Assembly (NCBI GenBank): GCA_964372555.1
Contig: CAYJQZ010000009.1
Location: 1-16,212 of the forward strand
DNA length: 16,212 bases
From: Candidatus Woesearchaeota archaeon
GTDB taxonomy: Archaea > Nanobdellota > Nanobdellia > SCGC-AAA011-G17 > GW2011-AR18
Direction: 5' to 3'
Shown here: in pieces, positions 8,130 to 16,047 of the stretch
How positions within the stretch are numbered: the first letter of the stretch is position 1
Layout of the letters: every line of letters begins with the position of its first letter
Made by a program: the position numbers and the translations under genes
The notes under the pieces: generated by a model
Databases searched by the model: none
Seen by the model: the letters and a program-made list of their open reading frames with translations, nothing else
Told to the model about the DNA's origin: nothing

Positions 8130-9080
8130 TTACATATTTTCTATTTCTGCTATTAGTGCTTCTGGTTTTGGTTCTTCTAAATTATTAACAACCAATTCTA
8201 TTCTGTTGAACATTTCATTTTTTGTAACCTTACCACGAAGAAGCAACTGTTTGCCTAGAACCTCTTTTTTTATATCTTCGAAATTTTCTTTGTTTGATAG
8301 TAATTTGGTTGCTTGATCTCTAAATAAAACTGCTCTTATATTCCCAGTACCGTCGTCAAAGAAGATATTTACTATTGGTACTTGTTTAGGCGGTACATTG
8401 CCATGTTCTTGGCAATTGAAAATTTCTCCCTGCTGGAATACTTTCCTATTGCATACTGGACACGCGTTATAATGTTTTGGTTCAAATATTTGAACCACTG
8501 TACCTAAAATTTCTACAAATTCTTCTTCATTTAAATCTTTAATTTGTTTTCTTTTTGTTGTGTTTAACTTAACTTCACCAATTGTTTCGTTCTCAGGATT
8601 TATTATTAATTGGGATTTACTTCCTAAATGTAGTTCTTTGAAGCCATTATTATTTTGTTTTGAATAAGCATTATTTACTTTTACTATGTCTCCTTCTTTA
8701 ATTTCTTTAGTTAAATCAATAAGTTTTTCATCCCAAATTACTATTCTTATTGATCCGGTTTCATCCCCCATAAATAATGAACCAATTCTGCCTTGTTTAT
8801 CCTTTTTTTGAAAAGATTTAATTTCATTCACATTTATTACCTTACCAAGAACATTCACAGAATTTAGGCCTACTTCTACTTGCTTTATCTTTAAGGTTTT
8901 ATTTGTTCCATCAAATAATTTTACGTTCAATTCATTTGCAACTATGTGTGCTGCACCTTCTTTAGATATTAAGTCTTGTAGTTCTATTAACTTTTTATTT
9001 ATTTTCTCTTCTATATCTTGTTTAGAAAGTCCTGTTGTCTCTACAATTTTGTTTATGATTGTGTTGTAACCAAGAATCAT
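8130..9080 (-). CDS. Archaeal RPA-like single-stranded DNA-binding protein (OB folds plus zinc finger)
   Basis: 'GYNTIINKIVETTGLSKQDIEEKINKKLIELQDLISKEGAAHIVANELNVKLF', OB-like 'GSLFMGDETGSIRIVIWDEK', zinc finger 'CPVCNRKVFQQGEIFNCQEHG', OB-like 'VPIVNIFFDDGTGNIRAVLFRDQA'. Confidence 0.88.
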   Translation of the reverse strand: MILGYNTIINKIVETTGLSKQDIEEKINKKLIELQDLISKEGAAHIVANELNVKLFDGTNKTLKIKQVEVGLNSVNVLGKVINVNEIKSFQKKDKQGRIGSLFMGDETGSIRIVIWDEKLIDLTKEIKEGDIVKVNNAYSKQNNNGFKELHLGSKSQLIINPENETIGEVKLNTTKRKQIKDLNEEEFVEILGTVVQIFEPKHYNACPVCNRKVFQQGEIFNCQEHGNVPPKQVPIVNIFFDDGTGNIRAVLFRDQATKLLSNKENFEDIKKEVLGKQLLLRGKVTKNEMFNRIELVVNNLEEPKPEALIAEIENM

Positions 9081-9096
9081 GTTATTCCTAATTTTA

Positions 9097-9107
9097 ATTT
9101 ATATAAA
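9097..9107 (-). promoter_or_regulatory. TATA-like promoter element of the RPA-like gene
   Basis: Minus strand reads 'ttttTATATAAATTaaa', about 17-27 nt upstream of the ATG at 9080. Confidence 0.55.
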
Positions 9108-9116
9108 AAGGTTTTG

Positions 9117-10634
9117 TTATGCATAGTTCGGCGTAACTGTTGCAGATGCACTAGCCATAGTATCTTCACTAAAGTAACATTTATTTGCTTGTTTTGCTTG
9201 GTCATAACCAGCAGAGAGGTATTCATAATGCCACCATTCTCTTCCGTAATTTGCCCAGCCTGCTCTGCACATTATATTACGCAAGTCTCTTATGTCTTGT
9301 TGCGAAGTTCCTTTTTTAAGCTGTACATCTAAAGCACGTCCAGAAACATGCCTACATACAGAATAACGAGGTAAGTCTTCTATAATTGCTAAAGTATTTA
9401 GATCATTTTGTGAAAGCCAATTTCTTGCAGCTTCTATGCGCTGTTGCGTTGTGCCTTCTACGTTTGGTACTCTTTTTTCTAATTCGTATTTATCTTCTAT
9501 TCCAATAGGGCCACATGCTTCAACTCTTCCTGCTAAAAATGCTAAGAATGCGTTACGTTGTGATTCTGATGAACGCGCTGCATCGTTAATTATTATATGT
9601 TGAGATGGATTTGATATAACTTGCCTTATCCTTTCTATCTGCCCAACACTTTCTTGTTTGGCGCAACATGTTGATTTTAAACATTTAACTTCTTCATCTT
9701 GTGGTATTGGAATTAGGCTTTCAGCTAAACCTCTGCATTGGCCTGATGTTGCTATGGCTGTTTCTTCTATAATATTTTCTTCTGCATTAGAATAAAACAA
9801 TTCTTCTTCATAATCATATGTTTCTGTATCTTGATATTCTGGTATTGGTTGTGATGGATTAAATGCTAATTTTATATTCCCTTTGTTTGTCTCTAAGTCT
9901 ACTTTAATTAATTCACCAGACCTAACTATATTTATTGTTGGGAAATATTGTGTTAGTTTAGATTGACATTCACTAAATTCTTTATCTATACAATTTTCTT
10001 GTATCGTGTAGTACAAGTCTCTATATACTGAAAGTGGCGGTCTTGTTGTGCTTGTTAATGGTTTCATAACTAAAACAGAACCTTCTGCGCTTTCTACCGG
10101 TAAGTTTACATCTGATAATGTAATTATTAATTTACTGCCAGAGAATTCTGTATTTATTATATTAGAATTGTTTACATTTTCTGTATATATTTGAGCATAT
10201 TTAATTTGGGTTTCTGGGTTCTCCATATTTAGATCATTTTTATAATCTAGCTGTGTGTATTTACTTTCATATTTATTTATTTTATTTTTAAATTTATTTT
10301 TGAATTGTGATATAAACTCTTGGCTTGGATTTAACACTGGGCATGAATTCCATAATACATAGCCATCTCCTGTTTTTTCGCATCTATTGTTTTCAGAATA
10401 GCCGCCATTGTTTGCTAATGTTTCCCAAGTTTCTTTAGAAGCATATTTTGCAGATAGATCTAAATAAATGTTTATTTTCTCAGATTCATCATAATTCTTA
10501 ATTAAATTTACTGCTCTTAATCCAACTAGGTCTTGTTTGTTTGCTTCCGTTGTACTTATTATGTAAAATAATACAGAGAGTATTACTGCTGTGAATATTA
10601 CGAATATTGGTAAGAAAACTCCTTTTTTATTCAT
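9117..10634 (-). CDS. Class III signal peptide protein with C-terminal M15-family (VanY/VanX-like) DD-peptidase domain
   Basis: Corrected start ATG at 10634 (the stop of the upstream gene overlaps it by 1 nt) gives 'MNKKGVFLPIFVIFTAVILSVLFYI'. C-terminal M15 motifs: 'CRHVSGRALDVQL' (HxxGxAxD) and 'REWWHYEY' (EWWHxE). Confidence 0.9.
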   Translation of the reverse strand: MNKKGVFLPIFVIFTAVILSVLFYIISTTEANKQDLVGLRAVNLIKNYDESEKINIYLDLSAKYASKETWETLANNGGYSENNRCEKTGDGYVLWNSCPVLNPSQEFISQFKNKFKNKINKYESKYTQLDYKNDLNMENPETQIKYAQIYTENVNNSNIINTEFSGSKLIITLSDVNLPVESAEGSVLVMKPLTSTTRPPLSVYRDLYYTIQENCIDKEFSECQSKLTQYFPTINIVRSGELIKVDLETNKGNIKLAFNPSQPIPEYQDTETYDYEEELFYSNAEENIIEETAIATSGQCRGLAESLIPIPQDEEVKCLKSTCCAKQESVGQIERIRQVISNPSQHIIINDAARSSESQRNAFLAFLAGRVEACGPIGIEDKYELEKRVPNVEGTTQQRIEAARNWLSQNDLNTLAIIEDLPRYSVCRHVSGRALDVQLKKGTSQQDIRDLRNIMCRAGWANYGREWWHYEYLSAGYDQAKQANKCYFSEDTMASASATVTPNYA

Positions 10635-11215
10635 TATATTTTCCTCAGTGCTATGTCTGCTCTTTCTATATTTGTACAATCAAAACAACCAAAGTACATG
10701 GTTACTGTTGCTGTTTCTCCGTTCTCTAGCGGAATAGACATAGATTGAGCTAAATGGCTGTAACTTCCTACCTCAAATACTTCTGGTTCTCCAAGACGCA
10801 AGAAATTATTTTGCCCTATCTTTATATTAAAGTTCCATGTTGCTTCTTTGCTCTTTCTTGTTGCTTCGCTTGTAGCAATTATGCTTGCTGGTTGTCCTTC
10901 TACAACTGGTAATTTGCTTAATAATGTTTTGAGCTCTTCATTTAATTCATCTTTATAATTTTCATCTTTGTAAGCCAATGATATTAATTCTCCTACTGTT
11001 AATGCATTGTTATTTTGTTGTATTGACGTTGGTGACCTAATAATTGCGTTTAATTCTGAACTAGAACTGTATGCTTCTGGTCTTATAACTAAATTTGGTG
11101 ATTGCTTAATTCCTATCACAAAAAAGATAGTGCCAAAAAAAATTAAGATGAGTACTAGCAAGACAACTGACTGAAAAAAATACAGTGGATAACTAATTCC
11201 TTTTTTATTAAACAA
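10634..11215 (-). CDS. Pilin-like protein with class III signal peptide, extracellular domain unknown
   Basis: 'MFNKKGISYPLYFFQSVVLLVLILIFFGTIFFVI', Cys pair 'FGCFDCTN'. Tightly coupled to both neighbours. Confidence 0.8.
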   Translation of the reverse strand: MFNKKGISYPLYFFQSVVLLVLILIFFGTIFFVIGIKQSPNLVIRPEAYSSSSELNAIIRSPTSIQQNNNALTVGELISLAYKDENYKDELNEELKTLLSKLPVVEGQPASIIATSEATRKSKEATWNFNIKIGQNNFLRLGEPEVFEVGSYSHLAQSMSIPLENGETATVTMYFGCFDCTNIERADIALRKI

Positions 11216-11684
11216 GTTTTATCACCTGTGTAATCATGTGGCCAGTTTTTATTTCTCCATTTTGGAAGTATGAAACTAATTCTTTTCTTGTGAGACATTT
11301 GTATTTCTCTAAATTGCTACAGATTGGAAGATAGGATTCCTGACTAATATCTAGATTGCTTGCTGATGTTAATGTATTTCCGTCTATATCATCTACAAGA
11401 ATAACATAACCAAATCCCTCTTTTGAAAAACATCTGTTTAATGTATCAAAATTAATTTTTTGGATGTCTATAATCCCTAGATGTGTTCTAGTTCCGTCAT
11501 TGTAAGCTAAGCAAGAATCAGAATACATTAAGTTTCTAGTTAGTAAAAAAGTTTCGAGGCCTATAGTATCTATGTCTTCGTTTAAGTATCTTAATGTTAC
11601 TATTAAAATAAAGATTGCTACAACTATTACAATCATTAAGTTAACTGCTATCTTTACTATATCCAATATTCCTTTTTTATGCAT
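11208..11684 (-). CDS. Pilin-like protein with class III signal peptide
   Basis: 'MHKKGILDIVKIAVNLMIVIVVAIFILIVTLRYL' N-terminus and overlapping gene junctions. Confidence 0.8.
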   Translation of the reverse strand: MHKKGILDIVKIAVNLMIVIVVAIFILIVTLRYLNEDIDTIGLETFLLTRNLMYSDSCLAYNDGTRTHLGIIDIQKINFDTLNRCFSKEGFGYVILVDDIDGNTLTSASNLDISQESYLPICSNLEKYKCLTRKELVSYFQNGEIKTGHMITQVIKLV

Positions 11685-12045
11685 TTTTTCTTATTTTTAT
11701 AACATTATTCTGTAATTTTTCTTCTGTAATTTCTATGAGGCTATTTCTTGCACAATGAAATGCTGCAGGTGTTCTTTTTTCTTCTATATAATTTGCTTTT
11801 ACTAAGCACACTTCTTTGTTTATGTCTATTTCAATGCCTTGCTTTGTATTATATTTGTATTCTAATTGGTGGGGTGCAGGTAATGCTGCATCTCTAAGAA
11901 ATGCATAGTCTCTTGATTCTACTCTTAAATTGTGGAGGTGATCGTCTTTTATTCTTGCTGTACCAGCGAGCAGAACTGCTGTTACTATTAAAAGAAAGAA
12001 TAATTCTGTTAATAGCTCTGTTGATATTAATAATCCTTTTTTCAT
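11677..12045 (-). CDS. Pilin-like protein with class III-like signal peptide (122 aa)
   Basis: Corrected start ATG at 12045: 'MKKGLLISTELLTELFFLLIVTAVLLAGTARIKDDHLHNLRVESRDYAFLRD...'. The track ORF extension to 12177 lies inside the upstream gene. Confidence 0.8.
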   Translation of the reverse strand: MKKGLLISTELLTELFFLLIVTAVLLAGTARIKDDHLHNLRVESRDYAFLRDAALPAPHQLEYKYNTKQGIEIDINKEVCLVKANYIEEKRTPAAFHCARNSLIEITEEKLQNNVIKIRKNA

Positions 12046-12046
12046 T

Positions 12047-13705
12047 TTATGATGCTGCCTGTAATTCATTATAATATCTTCTTGCAGTCGTAGCGTATGC
12101 TCTTGTTTCATTGCAACAATAATTATTATCATCAATAACGCCTGCCCTGCCCGGTCCTGCATTGTAGCCTGCTGCAATATTTTCTACTGTAAGCGGGATT
12201 CCTCTTCTTGCTAATATTTTTTTAATATAAACAATGTAATCTATTGCTGCGACTACTGCTTTTCTTTCATTAAATCTCTCATCATACAAAGCAAGCTGTG
12301 TTGTTGGTGTTGCACTTCTAAATCTATCAAGCGCTGCCCCATAATTTCTATCACATCCACTAGTAAATTGCACTCCCTGTCCTGTTCTTGGATCTGTTAC
12401 TGGATCTAATACTCTTAAACCAAGGCCTTTGCCTGTGGTTGGCATTATCTGCATTAACCCTGCAGCACCACAATGAGATACTGCATATGGATCCCAGGTA
12501 TTACCTGTCTCTATTTTTACTATAGAAATAACTAATGAGGGATCAACTCCCTTTTCTTCTGCTTTTTGTCTTATGAATGGCATTAGTTCTGACTGTAGTT
12601 CTGATAATGAACTTGGTGTTTGCGCTGCAGTTAATTTACTTATAGCAAAATTATTTGAGAAATCATTAAATGTTGCACTACAAATATATTCTGTTGCTAT
12701 TTCTATGCACCGCAATGGAACCTGTAGCCAGGTATTTCCTTTTTTGTAATAAAGACCTAGGTTTCTTTCTTGTTGCGGTAATTTGTCTACCTTTGTTTTT
12801 GATATTGCTAGTTCTATTTCTGCCCTGCTTACTAAATTTGGATCTATGCTATTGTGATTTTCTATATATCTCTCTGCTGCTTCGAAATTTTCTGCTGTTG
12901 GCTTTGATCCTAGTTCCATAAACTGCGGAGCAGGATAGAAATGACCTGGTTCTCTATTTGTTTCTGTTGTAGTTGTATCTGGCGGTACTGCTAGATCTAA
13001 ATCAAAAAGTGTTGTGAGGCCTTCAATATTAGGAACGCCTTCTGGAACTATAAAGCCTGCTTCTTTTACTTTTACAATTGGTATGTAAGATTTTATTCTA
13101 ATAGTTTCAAAGGTTACAGATAATTTATTTAACAATCCAGTTACGTCTACGGGAGTAACACCACTTCTAGTATAAACAATAGGTTTTGGTGCTTTTTCTC
13201 CTGTTGGACTATTTACTCTAATGGTTTTGTCATCCTTTACAAAACTAAGTACTGTGTATGTTTCTAGGTCTTCAGTAGAAAACTGTTCTGAATTTACTTC
13301 GTCAAAGTTTTTGAATTTATAACAATCATAGGGATCACATTCTACGTTGCCGGTTATTATATTTCTATCAATGTCACACAAACATATTGTTGCTTCTCTT
13401 GGTTGTACTCCTGGGTAGGGTATTTCATTTCCAACTTGCCTTAAACTAAAACTTACTATATTACAATCATTATTATAAAACAAGAACTGAGATGAAGGTG
13501 CACCAGAATCTAGATCCTTAAGTATTTCCTTTAAGCCATTACTACCATCCCAAGATTTACTATTTGAGCAACTTGCTTTATCTGGTAGTAGTATGTCTGA
13601 AAATATTGGTGCTTTCAATACAATTATAATTATTAATAATACAGCGACTATTAAACTAAAAAGTGCATATGTCTGTATATCTATTGACCCCTTTTTATTT
13701 TTCAT
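12047..13705 (-). CDS. Class III signal peptide protein with C-terminal lytic transglycosylase (SLT, GH23-like) domain
   Basis: N-terminus 'MKNKKGSIDIQTYALFSLIVAVLLIIIIVL'. C-terminus 'GVDPSLVISIVKIETGNTWDPYAVSHCGAAGLMQIMPTTG' (catalytic Glu) and 'VENIAAGYNAGPGR...NETRAYATTARRYYNEL'. Confidence 0.93.
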   Translation of the reverse strand: MKNKKGSIDIQTYALFSLIVAVLLIIIIVLKAPIFSDILLPDKASCSNSKSWDGSNGLKEILKDLDSGAPSSQFLFYNNDCNIVSFSLRQVGNEIPYPGVQPREATICLCDIDRNIITGNVECDPYDCYKFKNFDEVNSEQFSTEDLETYTVLSFVKDDKTIRVNSPTGEKAPKPIVYTRSGVTPVDVTGLLNKLSVTFETIRIKSYIPIVKVKEAGFIVPEGVPNIEGLTTLFDLDLAVPPDTTTTETNREPGHFYPAPQFMELGSKPTAENFEAAERYIENHNSIDPNLVSRAEIELAISKTKVDKLPQQERNLGLYYKKGNTWLQVPLRCIEIATEYICSATFNDFSNNFAISKLTAAQTPSSLSELQSELMPFIRQKAEEKGVDPSLVISIVKIETGNTWDPYAVSHCGAAGLMQIMPTTGKGLGLRVLDPVTDPRTGQGVQFTSGCDRNYGAALDRFRSATPTTQLALYDERFNERKAVVAAIDYIVYIKKILARRGIPLTVENIAAGYNAGPGRAGVIDDNNYCCNETRAYATTARRYYNELQAAS

Positions 13706-13744
13706 GTTATTTCAATTATTTAAGAATTAGTGGGTATTTATTTC

Positions 13745-13918
13745 TTATGGTGTTATATTTGATATTAATGCTGATCCTGTTTGTGCTTGGTCCCTTAAAT
13801 TAGAGCCAACTAAATTTCCATATTTTATAACGAAAAAAGCCACTAGGGCTAGGACAATTAAAATTAAAATCGCTATAACTAAGGTTTCAAGTGATAAAGA
13901 AACGGCTTTTTTATTCAT
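13745..13918 (-). CDS. 57-aa pilin-like micro-protein, missed by the ORF track
   Basis: Manual translation: MNKKAVSLSLETLVIAILILIVLALVAFFVIKYGNLVGSNLRDQAQTGSALISNITP*. Start 13918 sits 1 nt after the upstream stop at 13920. Confidence 0.82.
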   Translation of the reverse strand: MNKKAVSLSLETLVIAILILIVLALVAFFVIKYGNLVGSNLRDQAQTGSALISNITP

Positions 13919-13919
13919 T

Positions 13920-14327
13920 TCAACATTGGATACCAGAGCAGTCTACATTAAGACTTCCTGTTTGAGTTATGCCTCTTCTTCCATCATCTGCTGTCAATTC
14001 TGGATTAACACTGGGTGCACATGACATTCTCTTAGGTTTTGTTTCTGGGTTTGCATCATCATCAACTAAAAATGTTTGTTTACAATAACCTGATTCTTTT
14101 TGATTTGTAGAAGGCAGATTCCCTGCACTTTCACATAAACTAGTGCATGTTTGTATTGCTAAATCTTTTGCTTGGCCAGCACTGCCACCAAATAAATCTC
14201 TAACTTTCCCAACAATGCTACCAAAACCGCCTGCAAAGAAAGCAATTAGAATGACAAGCACAACTAAAACAATTATTGCTATAATAATAACATTCATCGG
14301 CATTCCTTGTGCTTTTTTGTTAAACAT
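13920..14327 (-). CDS. Pilin-like protein with class III signal peptide (KKAQG) and Cys-rich extracellular tail
   Basis: 'MFNKKAQGMPMNVIIIAIIVLVVLVILIAFFAGGFGSIVGKVRDLFGG...CTSLCESAG...GYCK...MSCAP...VDCSGIQC'. Confidence 0.87.
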   Translation of the reverse strand: MFNKKAQGMPMNVIIIAIIVLVVLVILIAFFAGGFGSIVGKVRDLFGGSAGQAKDLAIQTCTSLCESAGNLPSTNQKESGYCKQTFLVDDDANPETKPKRMSCAPSVNPELTADDGRRGITQTGSLNVDCSGIQC

Positions 14328-14363
14328 TCATCACACCTTTTAATTAGTGATTATTATAATGTT

Positions 14364-14373
14364 TCTATATAAA
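14364..14373 (-). promoter_or_regulatory. Candidate TATA-box promoter for the 14327->9117 gene run
   Basis: Minus strand 'ccaaaaggTTTATATAGAaacatt' in the only sizeable gap (54 nt) of the cluster, about 37-46 nt upstream of the ATG at 14327. A 'ggtg' SD-like element follows just before the ATG. Confidence 0.6.
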
Positions 14374-14381
14374 CCTTTTGG

Positions 14382-16046
14382 TTAGCTTATACATAAAAGT
14401 TGCTGACATTCGTTGTTGCTATAAGCTGATTGATATATTGCCTCTGCTATGATATTCTGTCCTGCTGCATTTGGATGTAAATGATCTCCGCTATCAAACT
14501 CTGGCTTTAGTGCTCCTGCCCCATTATTGAGTGCAGCATATATATTAACAGACATATCTACATTCTCTGCTTCAGTTAAGATCCAATTATTTATACTAAT
14601 AATTTTATTTTGTGTGTATTGATTACATGTCACTGTAGATGATTGATAACCGCCACAAGGAGTTAATGTCAAAGCTATGACTCTCATATTATTTTGTTTT
14701 CCCTTTAGGTACATCTCTGCCAAATTATCTTTTATATCTTGTTCTGGCCCTGCAATGTTGTTTATTCCGCCTTGTATTATTACATCTTTATAATTCTTAG
14801 ATGTTATATCCACATCAAACCTAGCAGACATTGCTGCTGTTCCTTGCCCTTCAATACCATATTCATTGAAAAGTTGAGAACCACAAAGCGAATTTAATCT
14901 TTGGACATATATTCCTGATGCAGTAATTGAATCACCAATAACGCCTGCATCACATTTTGCTGAACCTGTTGGAATTAATGGGGGGTTTAGACCTAGTCTG
15001 CCTCTTTCTTCTGCTATTCTTCTTTGCTGTGCTTGTTCTAGTGTAACAGGGAGCAAACATAAATTATTTTCAAACGGATAGAAATCAATTTCTACATAAT
15101 CATTAAAATTCAATGTTGACAATGGTTGCTGGTCTGCTTGTGCTGTGTTTCTATAGTCTGAAAAACCGCAAGGCGTCTTTGTAAGTTGTTGTGATTTTAC
15201 TTCTTCGTCTTTATAATTAAGTACAAATTTATTATTTTTTAAGTTTATTGAAAAGTCAGCTATTGTTTTTAGTACTGCTGTTGTATATTTACATTCATCC
15301 CTAACATTTGTTTCTAAGCATTTATTTACTATGGATAATAATTTGTCAAATTCTTCAGATGCTATAGTTGCTCCTTCTAATTTTTCACATTTTTTGAGTC
15401 CTGTTGTTGTTGCTTTTGGAACTAGTGCTGATTTTTCGTTGCTAAATTTGTATAATGCTATTCCACTTTCAACATTTATTTCATCACTCCCACTTACATC
15501 TGTAGCAGAATAAATAGTATCTTCTTCAACAAACTGTCTTTCAACTGGTGTAAAGTCTAGTATGTTTAATTTTCCTCCTTCCTGTATTGGATAGCTTAAT
15601 CCTGAATTTTTAAAATATGTAGTGTCTGGTGCATCAATTGGTGTTGTTTTGGTTGTTACTCCACTCGAGAATTCAACTTGTTCTATACTATTTGTTCCAA
15701 AAAATGCTGCTTCATCTACTTCTGCTCCACTGTGAACACGTATTGCTGTGGCCTTATCTCTATTAACAATTTCCATAATATATAATTCCGGTGTTTTAGG
15801 ATAACTAATTTCACAGTAGCATTCTGCTGATAGAGAGAGTTTACATTCTCTATAACTATTTACAAATTCATCATAGAATGGAAGGTCTCTGTTTACGCCT
15901 AATTCTTGTCTTTCCCTGTCTGCTTGACTTTCCCCTAACAAATTTGGTATGGTATTGGATAGAATTATATATACCCAATACAATAAACCAATTACTGCTA
16001 TTATTATCAAAAATAACATTATTGGCTTTCTTAAAGACAATTCCAT
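14382..16046 (-). CDS. TM-anchored protein with C-terminal SGNH/GDSL-type hydrolase domain
   Basis: N-terminal TM 'PIMLFLIIIAVIGLLYWVYIIL'. C-terminal SGNH blocks: 'GVIGDSITAS' (I), 'GIEGQGT' (II), 'IIQGGINNIAG' (III), 'GDHLHPNAAG' (V, DxxH). Confidence 0.87.
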   Translation of the reverse strand: MELSLRKPIMLFLIIIAVIGLLYWVYIILSNTIPNLLGESQADRERQELGVNRDLPFYDEFVNSYRECKLSLSAECYCEISYPKTPELYIMEIVNRDKATAIRVHSGAEVDEAAFFGTNSIEQVEFSSGVTTKTTPIDAPDTTYFKNSGLSYPIQEGGKLNILDFTPVERQFVEEDTIYSATDVSGSDEINVESGIALYKFSNEKSALVPKATTTGLKKCEKLEGATIASEEFDKLLSIVNKCLETNVRDECKYTTAVLKTIADFSINLKNNKFVLNYKDEEVKSQQLTKTPCGFSDYRNTAQADQQPLSTLNFNDYVEIDFYPFENNLCLLPVTLEQAQQRRIAEERGRLGLNPPLIPTGSAKCDAGVIGDSITASGIYVQRLNSLCGSQLFNEYGIEGQGTAAMSARFDVDITSKNYKDVIIQGGINNIAGPEQDIKDNLAEMYLKGKQNNMRVIALTLTPCGGYQSSTVTCNQYTQNKIISINNWILTEAENVDMSVNIYAALNNGAGALKPEFDSGDHLHPNAAGQNIIAEAIYQSAYSNNECQQLLCIS

Positions 16047-16047
16047 T

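Noticed and set aside
7962-8156. Track ORF + strand 64 aa
   Set aside because: Antisense to the YdjM-like gene, no recognisable features.
9018-9332. Track ORF + strand 104 aa
   Set aside because: Antisense across the M15 catalytic domain and the RPA start; Cys-rich composition is a complement artefact.
12046-12177. N-terminal extension of the 166-aa minus ORF
   Set aside because: Lies within the SLT coding region in another frame. The internal MKKG start at 12045 restores a pilin-like signal and a 1-nt intergenic gap.
12670-12921. Track ORF + strand 83 aa, hydrophobic
   Set aside because: Antisense shadow of the SLT protein ectodomain.
14143-14343. Track ORF + strand 66 aa
   Set aside because: Antisense to the KKAQG pilin-like gene.
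15331-15513. Track ORF + strand 60 aa
   Set aside because: Antisense to the SGNH protein ectodomain.
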